A stretch of 64,000 nt of DNA from Tissierella sp. (GTDB lineage: Bacteria > Bacillota > Clostridia > Tissierellales > Tissierellaceae): assembly GCA_029266915.1 (NCBI GenBank), contig JARIEF010000035.1, positions 20,018-84,017 of the forward strand, read 5' to 3'. Positions 21,411-31,148 of the stretch are shown here, in pieces (the first letter of the stretch is position 1; each line of letters starts with the position of its first letter). Position numbers and translations under genes: made by a program. Below the pieces are notes generated by a model that was not told where the DNA came from, ran no database searches, and saw nothing but the letters and a program-made list of their open reading frames with translations.

Positions 21411-22196
21411 GTGAAAAAGATGAATAAATTTTGGGGAAATATAATATATTATTTTGGTAAAGTATTGGAATTGTTATTAGATGGACTTATAGGTATAGTA
21501 GAAGTCATAGTAAGCATAGTTACGGGTATTGCTAGAGGATTTTTAGCACTTATCAGTATGGGTGGATGTTTATTGATCTTTTTATTTTTGAGTCCTATCG
21601 GTTGGTTGATAATTTTAAATCCAATGTTTATAATTACAGTTATTTTAACTATTATTATAATAATAGGCGGAACCAAATTGATATCTTATTTAAAGTATAG
21701 GAAATATATGATAACAGAGTTTTTATTTGACTGGGCAGCATATTACAGAGAAGGAAAAGAAAAAACCTTTAAATCATTTGATGAATATGGTGCTAAATAT
21801 AAAAACATGGAAGAAGAAAAAAAGAGAAAAGAATGGAGAAAGCAGCAAGAAGAACAACAAAAGCAATGGGAAGATAGATTTAGACAGTGGAATGAATATC
21901 AAAGACAAGGTGGAGGATTTAATCAGGGGGGATCTAGCCAAGGAGGATACAGTGGACAGACCTATCAAAACCCTAGTATAGAATTTAAACAAAAGTATCA
22001 AGAAAGTGTAAAGTTATTAGGTGTTCCTATAGATTCAGATGTATACCAGATTAAACTTGCATACAGAAAAAAAGCTAAAGAGTATCACCCAGATATAAAT
22101 AAAGCAGAAAATGCAACAGAAATGTTTCAAAAGATAAATCAAGCCTATGAATTTTTAAACGAAGCAAATATAGAAAGATACAAGAGTCTAAAATAG
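21411..22196 (+). CDS. Membrane protein with C-terminal DnaJ (J) domain
   Basis: N-terminal hydrophobic segments, Q/G-rich linker, AYRKKAKEYHPD. Confidence 0.85.
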   Translation: MKKMNKFWGNIIYYFGKVLELLLDGLIGIVEVIVSIVTGIARGFLALISMGGCLLIFLFLSPIGWLIILNPMFIITVILTIIIIIGGTKLISYLKYRKYMITEFLFDWAAYYREGKEKTFKSFDEYGAKYKNMEEEKKRKEWRKQQEEQQKQWEDRFRQWNEYQRQGGGFNQGGSSQGGYSGQTYQNPSIEFKQKYQESVKLLGVPIDSDVYQIKLAYRKKAKEYHPDINKAENATEMFQKINQAYEFLNEANIERYKSLK

Positions 22197-22484
22197 TAGT
22201 GAAGTGTATGTACCTAAAAGAATTTTTATAAATTTCTTTAGGGTACATATTTTTTATCTAAGAATTAGACTAGGAACATTAAGAATTATATTTTATAATT
22301 ATCAATAGTGGGTATATATCTATATCGAGAGTATAAATTATAGTTTTCTTGGATTATTTATATTTATAAGCTCAATCTTAAGAAATATATCAATGTAAAT
22401 CATGGCAGTTTTGTAGAGATTATGATTGCTATGGATGCAGCCTTATTTTAAAAAACTTAAATAACTTAAAAGGGATGATAAAAC

Positions 22485-23696
22485 ATGGAAACAATAGTAG
22501 AGAGATTTAAAAGATATATTAGTATGGATACAAAATCTGATTATAACAGTGATACAGTACCAACTACAAATAGTCAGTTAGAACTTGGCAAAATATTAAG
22601 AGATGAACTAGAAGAATTTGGGCTAAGTAATGTAAAGATGGACGATAATGGATATGTTTATGCAAGCTTAAAGTCAAATATGGATAAAAATGTTCCAACT
22701 ATAGGTTTTATAGCTCATATGGACACCAGTCCAGACGCTGAGGGAGGATGTGTTAATCCACAAACTTTAGTATATAAAGGTGGAGATATTAAATTAAATG
22801 ATGAATATAGCATAACTGAAAAAGAATTTCCTTTTATAAAAAATCTCGTTGGACAAGAGTTAATTACAACAGACGGTACAACACTTCTTGGAGCTGATGA
22901 CAAGGCAGGAATTGCAGCTATAATGGATGCTGTTCAGTTTTTAGTAAATAATAAAGATGTAAAACATGGGGATATAAAAATTGGATTTACTCCAGACGAA
23001 GAAGTTGGAAAAGGAGCAGATTTGTTTGATGTAGAGGCTTTTGGAGCAGACTTTGCTTACACTGTAGATGGAGGACCTCTTGGAGAACTTCAGTACGAGA
23101 ACTTTAATGCCGCAGGAGTAAGCATAGAAATTCAAGGCAAAAATGTACATCCTGGAACTGCAAAAGATATAATGATAAACTCGCTTGGAGTAGCACTTGA
23201 GATAGAAAATATGCTTCCTGCAGCTCAAAAACCAGAACATACAGAAAACTATGAAGGGTTTTTTATGTTAAATGCTTTAACGGGTGGAGTTGACAGTACA
23301 AGCATGAAGTATATTATAAGAGATCATTCTATGGAAAAATTTGAACAAAAGAAAGAACTTATGAAATCTGTAGTAGAATTTTTAAATAAGAAGTATGGGG
23401 ATATAATAAAACTAGAAATAAAGGATAGCTACTACAATATGAAAGAAAAAATAGCACCACATATGGAAATAATCGAATTGGCTAAAAAGTCCATGGAAGA
23501 TTTAGGAATATCACCTATTATAGAACCAATAAGAGGCGGTACTGATGGAGCAAGATTATCATATATGGGGCTTCCAACGCCTAATATATTTACTGGTGGA
23601 TATAATTACCACGGAAGATTTGAGTTTATTCCAACGGAGTCTATGAAGTTAGCATCTAAAACAATCTTAAAAATTATAGAAAATAACAATAAATAA
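22485..23696 (+). CDS. pepT: Peptidase T
   Basis: AHMDTS, LGADDKAG, TPDEEVG and RGGTDGA motifs. Confidence 0.95.
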   Translation: METIVERFKRYISMDTKSDYNSDTVPTTNSQLELGKILRDELEEFGLSNVKMDDNGYVYASLKSNMDKNVPTIGFIAHMDTSPDAEGGCVNPQTLVYKGGDIKLNDEYSITEKEFPFIKNLVGQELITTDGTTLLGADDKAGIAAIMDAVQFLVNNKDVKHGDIKIGFTPDEEVGKGADLFDVEAFGADFAYTVDGGPLGELQYENFNAAGVSIEIQGKNVHPGTAKDIMINSLGVALEIENMLPAAQKPEHTENYEGFFMLNALTGGVDSTSMKYIIRDHSMEKFEQKKELMKSVVEFLNKKYGDIIKLEIKDSYYNMKEKIAPHMEIIELAKKSMEDLGISPIIEPIRGGTDGARLSYMGLPTPNIFTGGYNYHGRFEFIPTESMKLASKTILKIIENNNK

Positions 23697-23757
23697 TAAA
23701 GTAATAAAACATTAAAAAATTATGATAATACTTTAATAAAAGGAGAATAACATTTAA

Positions 23758-25206
23758 ATGGAGAAACTAAAAGGATTGAAACCAGAGAGAGTATTTCATT
23801 ATTTTGAAGAAATAACTAAAATTCCTAGATGCTCCTATGAAGAAAGACAAGTTAGTGATTATTTAAAAGAGATAGGAGACAAGTTAGGACTTGAAACTCT
23901 TCAAGATGAAAATATGAATATTATAATCAGGAAGCCAGCTTCTAAAGGATATGAAGGTTCACCGGGAGTCATAATTCAAGGTCACATGGATATGGTTTGT
24001 GAAAAAGAAGTAACGAGCCAGCATAACTTCCAAAAAGATCCGCTGGAATTAATTGTTGAAGGTGACTTTATAAAAGCTAAGGGGACAACTCTTGGAGCAG
24101 ATAACGGTATAGCTGTAGCTATGGGACTTGCTGTCTTGGAAGATGATTCACTTGAGCATCCAGCTATTGAACTTTTAGTTACTATAGCTGAGGAAATAGG
24201 AATGGATGGAGCTATAGGACTCTCTGACGATGTATTAAAAGGAAAAAGACTTTTAAATGTAGACTCTGAGGAAGAAGGAATCTTAACTACAGGTTCAGCA
24301 GGAGGAGAGTTAGTAGATGTAAGACTTCCTGTGGAATATAAAGATGCAGAAGCTTCTATAGAATTGAAGGTAGAATTAAGAGGACTGTTAGGTGGACACT
24401 CAGGAATGGAGATAGATAAGGGAAGACTTAATGCCCATAAACTATTAGCCAAAGCTTTAAGGGAGCTAAAAGAGACTACAGACTATGCTCTGATTTTAAT
24501 CCATGGTGGAAGTAAAGATAACGCTATTCCAAGAGCAAGTATGGCTCACATAGGAGTTAAGCAAGAAGAAATCAAAATTGTTAAAGAAAATTTAGATAAG
24601 ATTAAAAAGACCATAATAAAAGAAAATAAAGAGAAAGAGCCAGATATAGATTTAGTAGTAGAGGAAATCGGAAAGGTTTCAGAAGTCTTAAGTGAAAAGT
24701 CAAAGAATGATATATTAGAACTTTTAAAGGGCATACCAAGTGGAATATATACAAGGCTTAAAGAAGATCATTCTATAGTAGAGAGTTCTAGCAATCTTGC
24801 TATAGTAAATTTAGATAGGGAAAGATTTATAATTCAAACGTCTACTAGAAGTTCAAATCCAGATGTCTTGTTAAAGTTAAGAAAAGAAATATCAGATACT
24901 GCAAAAAGACATAATGCAGAATATGAGATAAGTAATGAGTATCCAGAATGGGAATTTAGAGAAGTCTCAGAGCTTAGAGATACTGCTGTTAGAGTATATA
25001 AGGAACTAACAGGCAAGACAATGGAAACAACTGTTATACATGCTGGACTTGAAACTGGTGTCTTTGCTAAAAAATATCCAGAACTAGATATAATATCTTT
25101 TGGACCAAATATGCATGACGTTCATACTCCAGAGGAGAAACTAAGCATCCAATCAACAGAAAGAATATATCACTACCTTATTCATTTATTAAAGGCTTTA
25201 AAATAA
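23758..25206 (+). CDS. pepD: Aminoacyl-histidine dipeptidase
   Basis: QGHMDMV, LGADNGI, GGHSG, IHAGLE and VHTPEE motifs. Confidence 0.92.
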   Translation: MEKLKGLKPERVFHYFEEITKIPRCSYEERQVSDYLKEIGDKLGLETLQDENMNIIIRKPASKGYEGSPGVIIQGHMDMVCEKEVTSQHNFQKDPLELIVEGDFIKAKGTTLGADNGIAVAMGLAVLEDDSLEHPAIELLVTIAEEIGMDGAIGLSDDVLKGKRLLNVDSEEEGILTTGSAGGELVDVRLPVEYKDAEASIELKVELRGLLGGHSGMEIDKGRLNAHKLLAKALRELKETTDYALILIHGGSKDNAIPRASMAHIGVKQEEIKIVKENLDKIKKTIIKENKEKEPDIDLVVEEIGKVSEVLSEKSKNDILELLKGIPSGIYTRLKEDHSIVESSSNLAIVNLDRERFIIQTSTRSSNPDVLLKLRKEISDTAKRHNAEYEISNEYPEWEFREVSELRDTAVRVYKELTGKTMETTVIHAGLETGVFAKKYPELDIISFGPNMHDVHTPEEKLSIQSTERIYHYLIHLLKALK

Positions 25207-25213
25207 AACAAAC

Positions 25214-25250
25214 AAAAGGAGCGGAGAATTTAAATTCTCAGCTCCTTTTT
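25214..25250. terminator. Bidirectional terminator between pepD and the suf operon
   Basis: AAAAGGAGC.GAGAATT/AATTCTC.GCTCCTTTT hairpin. Confidence 0.75.
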
Positions 25251-25389
25251 ATTTTTTAATCCTATTTTACTGCTTAAATGGCAAAACTTATCAATCTTTT
25301 TACTTGCAAAACGCAGGACCAGCCACATTTAGCAGTATAAGGGACAAATCCTAATATTTTTTAAATTTTGGAGAAGGCCCGATTGACAT

Positions 25390-25815
25390 TTAATAATTTT
25401 TTAACGCTTGTTTAAGCGTATGCCAAGGAAGTACTGCACATTTTACCCTGGCAGGCATATTTGAAATATTTTGAAAGGCAATAGCTTCTTCCAACCTTTG
25501 TATTTCTTCATCGCTTGCATCTTTTTGTATCATTCTTATAAAAATATCTGCAAAATTTTCAGCTTCTGCTAGAGTAAGACCCTTTACTAAATCTATCATT
25601 ATAGAAGTAGAAGCTTGGCTTATAGCGCAGCCATATCCCTGAAATTTAGAATCTTTAATCTTTCCATCTTCTAGTATAAATTCAATATTTAAATCATCTC
25701 CACAGCTTGGATTATATCCCCGTTCAGAAACTGTAGGATTCTCTAAAGAGCCTTTATTATGAGTACTTCTATTGTGTTCCATAATTATTTCTGAATAAAG
25801 ATTGTTAAGATTCAT
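25390..25815 (-). CDS. sufU: SUF system NifU-like protein
   Basis: NPSCGDD, GCAISQAS and RVKCA motifs. Confidence 0.93.
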   Translation of the reverse strand: MNLNNLYSEIIMEHNRSTHNKGSLENPTVSERGYNPSCGDDLNIEFILEDGKIKDSKFQGYGCAISQASTSIMIDLVKGLTLAEAENFADIFIRMIQKDASDEEIQRLEEAIAFQNISNMPARVKCAVLPWHTLKQALKNY

Positions 25816-27043
25816 AACCTAACCACTTCCTTACATTTGTAATTGCATGTAAAAATTTATCAACATCTTCTAAAGTGTTGTAGAGGTAAAAACTTACTCT
25901 AGAAGTACTTGGAACTCCTATATATTGCATCAAGGGCTGAGCGCAGTGATGGCCAGATCTTATAGCAATTCCGTATGAGTCAAGAATTGTAGCTGTATCA
26001 TGAGGATGGACGTCATCAATTGTAAATGAGATGATTCCTCCTCGATTGTTCATATCGAGAGGGCCTTGCAAGTTAATATGGGGCATCTCTTTCATCTTCT
26101 CTAAGGCATAGCTTGTAAGCCTATCTTCATGAAGCTTTATTTTTTCAATGCCTATATTTTCAAGATATTTGATAGCTTCAAGTAGTCCGGCTGCGCCTTC
26201 AACATTTTGAGTACCTGCTTCAAATTTAAAAGGAAGAGGAGCAAAACTGGCATCTTGTTCTGTAACATATTCAATCATGTCTCCTCCAAGAAGGAAGGGA
26301 GGCATAGTCTCTAAGATTTCTTTCTTCCCGTAGAGTACTCCAATTCCCATGGGACCTAACATTTTATGAGCTGAGAATACTAAGAAGTCAGCGTCTAAAT
26401 CTGCTACATCTGTCTTCATGTGAGGAACACTTTGAGCACCGTCTACGATTACCTTAGAACCCATCTTATGAGCGTGATTTATTATCTCTTTTAAGGGATT
26501 AATTGTTCCAAGAACGTTAGACATTCCTTCTATACTAATAAGTTTTGTATTTTTAGTAATCTTCTTATAGACTTCTTCCATAGGCAGTCTTGTACTTTCA
26601 TCAAGATACATATATTTTAAAACTGCTTCTTTTTCTCGGGCTAATCTTTGCCAAGGAAGAATATTACTGTGGTGAGATGAAACTGTTATAAGAATTTCAT
26701 CACCTTTTTTTATAAATTCTCTTCCGTAAGACTGGGCTATTAAGTTTAAAGACTCAGTAGTATTTCTAGTAAATATTATCTCTTGGGTTGACTTAGCGTT
26801 AATAAAGTTTTTTACTTTTTCTTTAGCTTGATCATATATAGCTGTAGCTTCAATACTTAATATATGCGCTCCTCTATGAGGATTTGCGTGCGAGAAACTA
26901 TTATATTTATCGATTGCTTCTATTACGCTTTTAGGTTTTTGAGTAGTAGCGGCATTATCAAGATAGACTATAGGCTTATCATTTACAACCCTTTGAAGGA
27001 TTGGAAAATCTTTTTTTATCCTTTCACCATCTAGTCTATCCAT
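25805..27043 (-). CDS. sufS: Cysteine desulfurase
   Basis: YLDNAATTQKP, FSAHKM and RSGHHCAQP motifs. Confidence 0.95.
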   Translation of the reverse strand: MDRLDGERIKKDFPILQRVVNDKPIVYLDNAATTQKPKSVIEAIDKYNSFSHANPHRGAHILSIEATAIYDQAKEKVKNFINAKSTQEIIFTRNTTESLNLIAQSYGREFIKKGDEILITVSSHHSNILPWQRLAREKEAVLKYMYLDESTRLPMEEVYKKITKNTKLISIEGMSNVLGTINPLKEIINHAHKMGSKVIVDGAQSVPHMKTDVADLDADFLVFSAHKMLGPMGIGVLYGKKEILETMPPFLLGGDMIEYVTEQDASFAPLPFKFEAGTQNVEGAAGLLEAIKYLENIGIEKIKLHEDRLTSYALEKMKEMPHINLQGPLDMNNRGGIISFTIDDVHPHDTATILDSYGIAIRSGHHCAQPLMQYIGVPSTSRVSFYLYNTLEDVDKFLHAITNVRKWLGYES

Positions 27044-28097
27044 TTATAAGTCTCCTTTCAATATTATCATTTACCTCTAACTTTAAATCTTCAAAAGGTA
27101 TCTGGTCTATTATAGGTTTAAAAGAAGATTCTACTATTAGCTTTTTAGCTTCTTTTTCACTTAAGCCCCTGCTCATAATATAAAACAGTTTAGACTTGTC
27201 TATTTGTCCCGCGCTTACAGCGTGTTCACCTTCTACATTATCTTCTTCACACAAAAGGGCTGGTATAGAATCTGATTTTACATCTGGTGAGAGTAGAAGT
27301 ACACTTTCAAGTTCTACTCCTTTTGCAGACCTAGCTCCTCTTTTAAAGTCCAGATTACCTCTAAAGACTTTACGTGCTTTATCTAGGAGTGCGCCTCTAG
27401 TTTGAATAGAGCTCCTACTCTTAACACCTTTATGAATCATAGTATATTCTAAATCTAGTTTCTGAGTCTTATCTCCTAGATAAATAGAGGACAGATTTGA
27501 AAGACTTACTTCTTCCTCTAAAATAGAAGTATAATTAAAAGCAGATACAGCACCTCCAAGTTCAACAGAAACAAAGTTCACCTGGGCATTGCTTTCAACT
27601 TTAGAGTGGTTTGAGTCAAAATTATAACTATTGCTATTAAGTCTTTGAAGCTTAACTATATTAACAATTGATCCATTTTCTGCAAATATATTTGTAAAGC
27701 CATTATGAAATCCTTCACTAATATCTATGCTTTTATAGTCTATGACAAGTGTTACTTCACTATTAGCCTCAACATATATATTGTTAAAATCAACTAAATG
27801 ATTGTTATCTTTATCTAAAGCAAAATCTAATCTTATAGGTTCTTTAATTTTTAAATTTTTTGGAACACGTAAATTTATGCCTGCATTGTAATTATCTTTT
27901 ATATTTTTTATGAATTCTTCGCCAAGTCCAATCTTATGATCACTAGATTCAAGAGAAGAGAGTGCAAGAGTAGTAACAGTTTTTTCCAGTTTTATGTCTT
28001 TGTTGATTATTGTTTCTTTATTTAAAAATTCTCTAGTATAATCTTTTATTTTTGGAAACTGATAGTCTATTAAATCTATTCTTTTCCATGAAATCAT
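27036..28097 (-). CDS. sufD: Fe-S cluster assembly protein SufD
   Basis: GEHAVSAG...LFYIMSRG C-terminus; operon position. Confidence 0.88.
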   Translation of the reverse strand: MISWKRIDLIDYQFPKIKDYTREFLNKETIINKDIKLEKTVTTLALSSLESSDHKIGLGEEFIKNIKDNYNAGINLRVPKNLKIKEPIRLDFALDKDNNHLVDFNNIYVEANSEVTLVIDYKSIDISEGFHNGFTNIFAENGSIVNIVKLQRLNSNSYNFDSNHSKVESNAQVNFVSVELGGAVSAFNYTSILEEEVSLSNLSSIYLGDKTQKLDLEYTMIHKGVKSRSSIQTRGALLDKARKVFRGNLDFKRGARSAKGVELESVLLLSPDVKSDSIPALLCEEDNVEGEHAVSAGQIDKSKLFYIMSRGLSEKEAKKLIVESSFKPIIDQIPFEDLKLEVNDNIERRLING

Positions 28098-28107
28098 CTT
28101 TTCACCC

Positions 28108-29514
28108 CTAACCTATTGAACCTTCAAGTTCTATAGTTATTAAATTATTTAACTCTACTGCATATTCAAGTGGTAATTCTTTAGTAATAGGTTCAACGAA
28201 ACCCCTTACTATCATAGCTTTTGCTTCTTCTTCATCTATACCACGGCTCATGAGATAGAAGATAGCTTCATCACTGATTCTTCCTATCTTTGCTTCGTGT
28301 CCTATGTCTATATTGTCATTATTTAGTATTATAATTGGTAGAGTATCTGATTTTGATCTACTATCTAGCATTAATGACTCACAAGATACAGTAGACTTAC
28401 AATCATAAGCTCCATTAGCTACTTTTAAAAGTCCTCTATAAAATGCATATCCACCATTTTTAGAAATGGACTTAGAGTTAACAGTAGAAGTGGTACGAGG
28501 AGCAGCATGAACTACTTTTGTTCCAGTATCAAGATGTTGACCACTTGATGCAAAAGTTATTCCAGTAAACTCAGAATGTGCGCCTTCACCTTTTAATATA
28601 CTCATAGGGTAGAGCATAGAAACTTTAGAACCAAAGGAACCTGAAACCCATTCAATAGTTCCATTCTTTCCAACTATTGCTCTTTTAGTATTCAAGTTAT
28701 ACATGTTTCTTGACCAGTTCTCTATAGTGCTGTATCTAAGTTTTGCTTCATCTTTTACAAAAAGCTCTACACAACCAGCATGAAGATTGTTTACCTTGTA
28801 TTGAGGCGCTGAGCAGCCTTCTATAAAGTGAAGCTTGGCTCCTTCTTCAACTACTATCAGAGTATGCTCAAACTGACCCGCACCTGGAGCATTTAGCCTA
28901 AAGTAGGATTGAAGAGGGATATCTACATCTACTCCTTTTGGAACATAAACAAAAGATCCTCCCGACCAAACGGCTCCGTGAAGAGCGGTAAACTTATGGT
29001 CATCTGGAGTTATAAGTTTCATAAAATATTCCTTAACTATATCTTCATATTCAACAAGAGCTCTATCCATATCCATATAGATAACTCCCTTATCAACCAT
29101 ATCTTGTCTAATATTATGATAGACAACCTCACTATCGTATTGGGCTCCTACGCCAGCTAGAGATTTTCTCTCAGCTTCTGGAAGACCCAATCTTTCAAAA
29201 GTATCTTTTATCTCTTCCGGTACATCTTCCCATGAATGCGATGGTTTTGCATTTGGTCTTATATAAGTAGTTATATCTTCCATATTTAAGTCTGTTAAAT
29301 CAACAGCCCACCCAGGGATAGGTTTGCTATTATATATTTCAAGAGAATTAAGCCTAAAATCTAACATCCACTGGGGTTCATTCTTTTGCAGCGATATTTC
29401 CTTTATAATATCTTCTGTAAGTCCTTTATCCGACTTATAACTAGAGTTGTCACTGTCTTTAATATCATAAATATCTCTGCTTATATCCTCTATATGAGTT
29501 TTTTTACGTGTCAT
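28108..29514 (-). CDS. sufB: Fe-S cluster assembly protein SufB
   Basis: WSGGSFVYVP, EGCSAP and HEAKIG motifs. Confidence 0.95.
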   Translation of the reverse strand: MTRKKTHIEDISRDIYDIKDSDNSSYKSDKGLTEDIIKEISLQKNEPQWMLDFRLNSLEIYNSKPIPGWAVDLTDLNMEDITTYIRPNAKPSHSWEDVPEEIKDTFERLGLPEAERKSLAGVGAQYDSEVVYHNIRQDMVDKGVIYMDMDRALVEYEDIVKEYFMKLITPDDHKFTALHGAVWSGGSFVYVPKGVDVDIPLQSYFRLNAPGAGQFEHTLIVVEEGAKLHFIEGCSAPQYKVNNLHAGCVELFVKDEAKLRYSTIENWSRNMYNLNTKRAIVGKNGTIEWVSGSFGSKVSMLYPMSILKGEGAHSEFTGITFASSGQHLDTGTKVVHAAPRTTSTVNSKSISKNGGYAFYRGLLKVANGAYDCKSTVSCESLMLDSRSKSDTLPIIILNNDNIDIGHEAKIGRISDEAIFYLMSRGIDEEEAKAMIVRGFVEPITKELPLEYAVELNNLITIELEGSIG

Positions 29515-29526
29515 AATTTATCACCT

Positions 29527-30279
29527 CTATTTTAAATATTTTCTTCTTATCTCTTCGTATCCATTTTCATCTATTTCTTTGGCAAGTTCCATACCGCCTG
29601 TTTTTATAATCCTTCCATCCATAAGAATATGAATATAGTCTGGGGTTAAATATTCTAAAAGTTTATTGTAATGAGTTATAACTATAATAGAACGATTTTC
29701 ATCTTTAAACTTCTTAACTCCTTCTGCAACTATTCTAATAGCATCTACATCAAGACCAGAGTCTGTTTCATCCAGTATGGCAACTTTAGGTTCTAATATT
29801 GACATCTGAAGTATTTCATTTTTCTTTTTTTCTCCACCGGAAAAACCAAGATTTAAGTATCGACTAGCGTAAGAAGGATCCATCTCTAAAGAATCCATTT
29901 TTTCTTGTAATAGTTTTTTAAAGGGAAGAACTCTTTGCATCTCATCCGTGATTTTAGTTCGAGCAGTTCTTAAAAACTCCTCTACGGTAACTCCATCAAC
30001 TTCTTCAGGATATTGAAAAGATAGGAAGAGACCTTTTATAGCTCGCTTATCAGGCGATAGATCTTTAATAGATTCACCTTCTAGATAGATTTCTCCATTT
30101 GTAACTTTATACATGGGGTGGCCCATCAGAGTATAGGCTAAAGTAGACTTACCGCCACCATTTGGTCCCATTATTATATGAGTTTCACCCTTACCAACTT
30201 CCAGGTTTAGGCCCTTAAGAATTTCTTTATCATCTATATTTACTTTCAAATCTTTTATATTAAAAAAGCTATTTACCAT
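29527..30279 (-). CDS. sufC: Fe-S cluster assembly ATPase SufC
   Basis: GPNGGGKST, FSGGEKK and LDETDSGLD motifs. Confidence 0.95.
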   Translation of the reverse strand: MVNSFFNIKDLKVNIDDKEILKGLNLEVGKGETHIIMGPNGGGKSTLAYTLMGHPMYKVTNGEIYLEGESIKDLSPDKRAIKGLFLSFQYPEEVDGVTVEEFLRTARTKITDEMQRVLPFKKLLQEKMDSLEMDPSYASRYLNLGFSGGEKKKNEILQMSILEPKVAILDETDSGLDVDAIRIVAEGVKKFKDENRSIIVITHYNKLLEYLTPDYIHILMDGRIIKTGGMELAKEIDENGYEEIRRKYLK

Positions 30280-30313
30280 TGTAATTCTCCTTTATTATAT
30301 ATTAAAAGATAAC

Positions 30314-30328
30314 TGATAACGGTTATCA
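30314..30328. promoter_or_regulatory. Fur-family box upstream of the suf operon
   Basis: Perfect 7-1-7 palindrome TGATAAC-G-GTTATCA about 35 nt upstream of the sufC start. Confidence 0.7.
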
Positions 30329-30437
30329 ATTGACTATAATATTATATAACATGTATCTATAAAAGTAAACTCAGATTTCATTTAATAAAACTGGAGTTAT
30401 ATGATATAATTCATAGATATAAACCAAATGAGGAGAG

Positions 30438-31148
30438 ATGGACTTGAGTAAATATATTGATTTTAAAGATGTCAAGAAAATCTATAAAATGGGTGAAGTT
30501 GAAATAAACGCTTTAAATGGAGTAGACTTTACTATAGATAAAGGTGAATTTGTAATAATAGCAGGAGCAAGTGGTGCAGGAAAGTCTACTATTTTAAATA
30601 TACTTGGAGGTATGGATACTGCATCAATGGGAGATATAGTAGTTGATGGAAAGAGGATTGATAAACTTAGCAATAAGGAACTGATTACTTACAGAAGACA
30701 TGATATAGGATTTGTATTTCAGTTCTATAATTTGGTACAAAATCTAACTGCAATTGAAAATGTAGAACTTGCAACTCAGATCTGTAAGGATCCATTAGAT
30801 ATACCTGAGGTTATGGAGTCAGTTGGTCTTACATCTAGAAAAGATAACTTCCCATCGCAACTTTCAGGTGGAGAACAGCAAAGAGTTGCTATTGCAAGGG
30901 CGCTAGCTAAAAACCCTAAGCTTCTTCTTTGTGATGAGCCAACAGGAGCACTAGACTATAACACTGGGAAAGCTATATTAAAGCTCCTACAAGATACCTG
31001 TAGAGAGATGGGAATGACTGTAATAGTTATAACTCATAATCTTGCTATAGCTCCCATGGGGGATAAGGTAATTCAGGTTAGAAATGGTAAGGTGGAAAGC
31101 CAGGAGATAAACAAAAATCCTACTCCAGTAGAAAGGATTGAGTGGTAG
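30438..31148 (+). CDS. ABC transporter ATP-binding protein (LolD/MacB-like)
   Basis: [19 protein letters not shown] and DEPTGALD motifs. Confidence 0.92.
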   Translation: MDLSKYIDFKDVKKIYKMGEVEINALNGVDFTIDKGEFVIIAGASGAGKSTILNILGGMDTASMGDIVVDGKRIDKLSNKELITYRRHDIGFVFQFYNLVQNLTAIENVELATQICKDPLDIPEVMESVGLTSRKDNFPSQLSGGEQQRVAIARALAKNPKLLLCDEPTGALDYNTGKAILKLLQDTCREMGMTVIVITHNLAIAPMGDKVIQVRNGKVESQEINKNPTPVERIEW

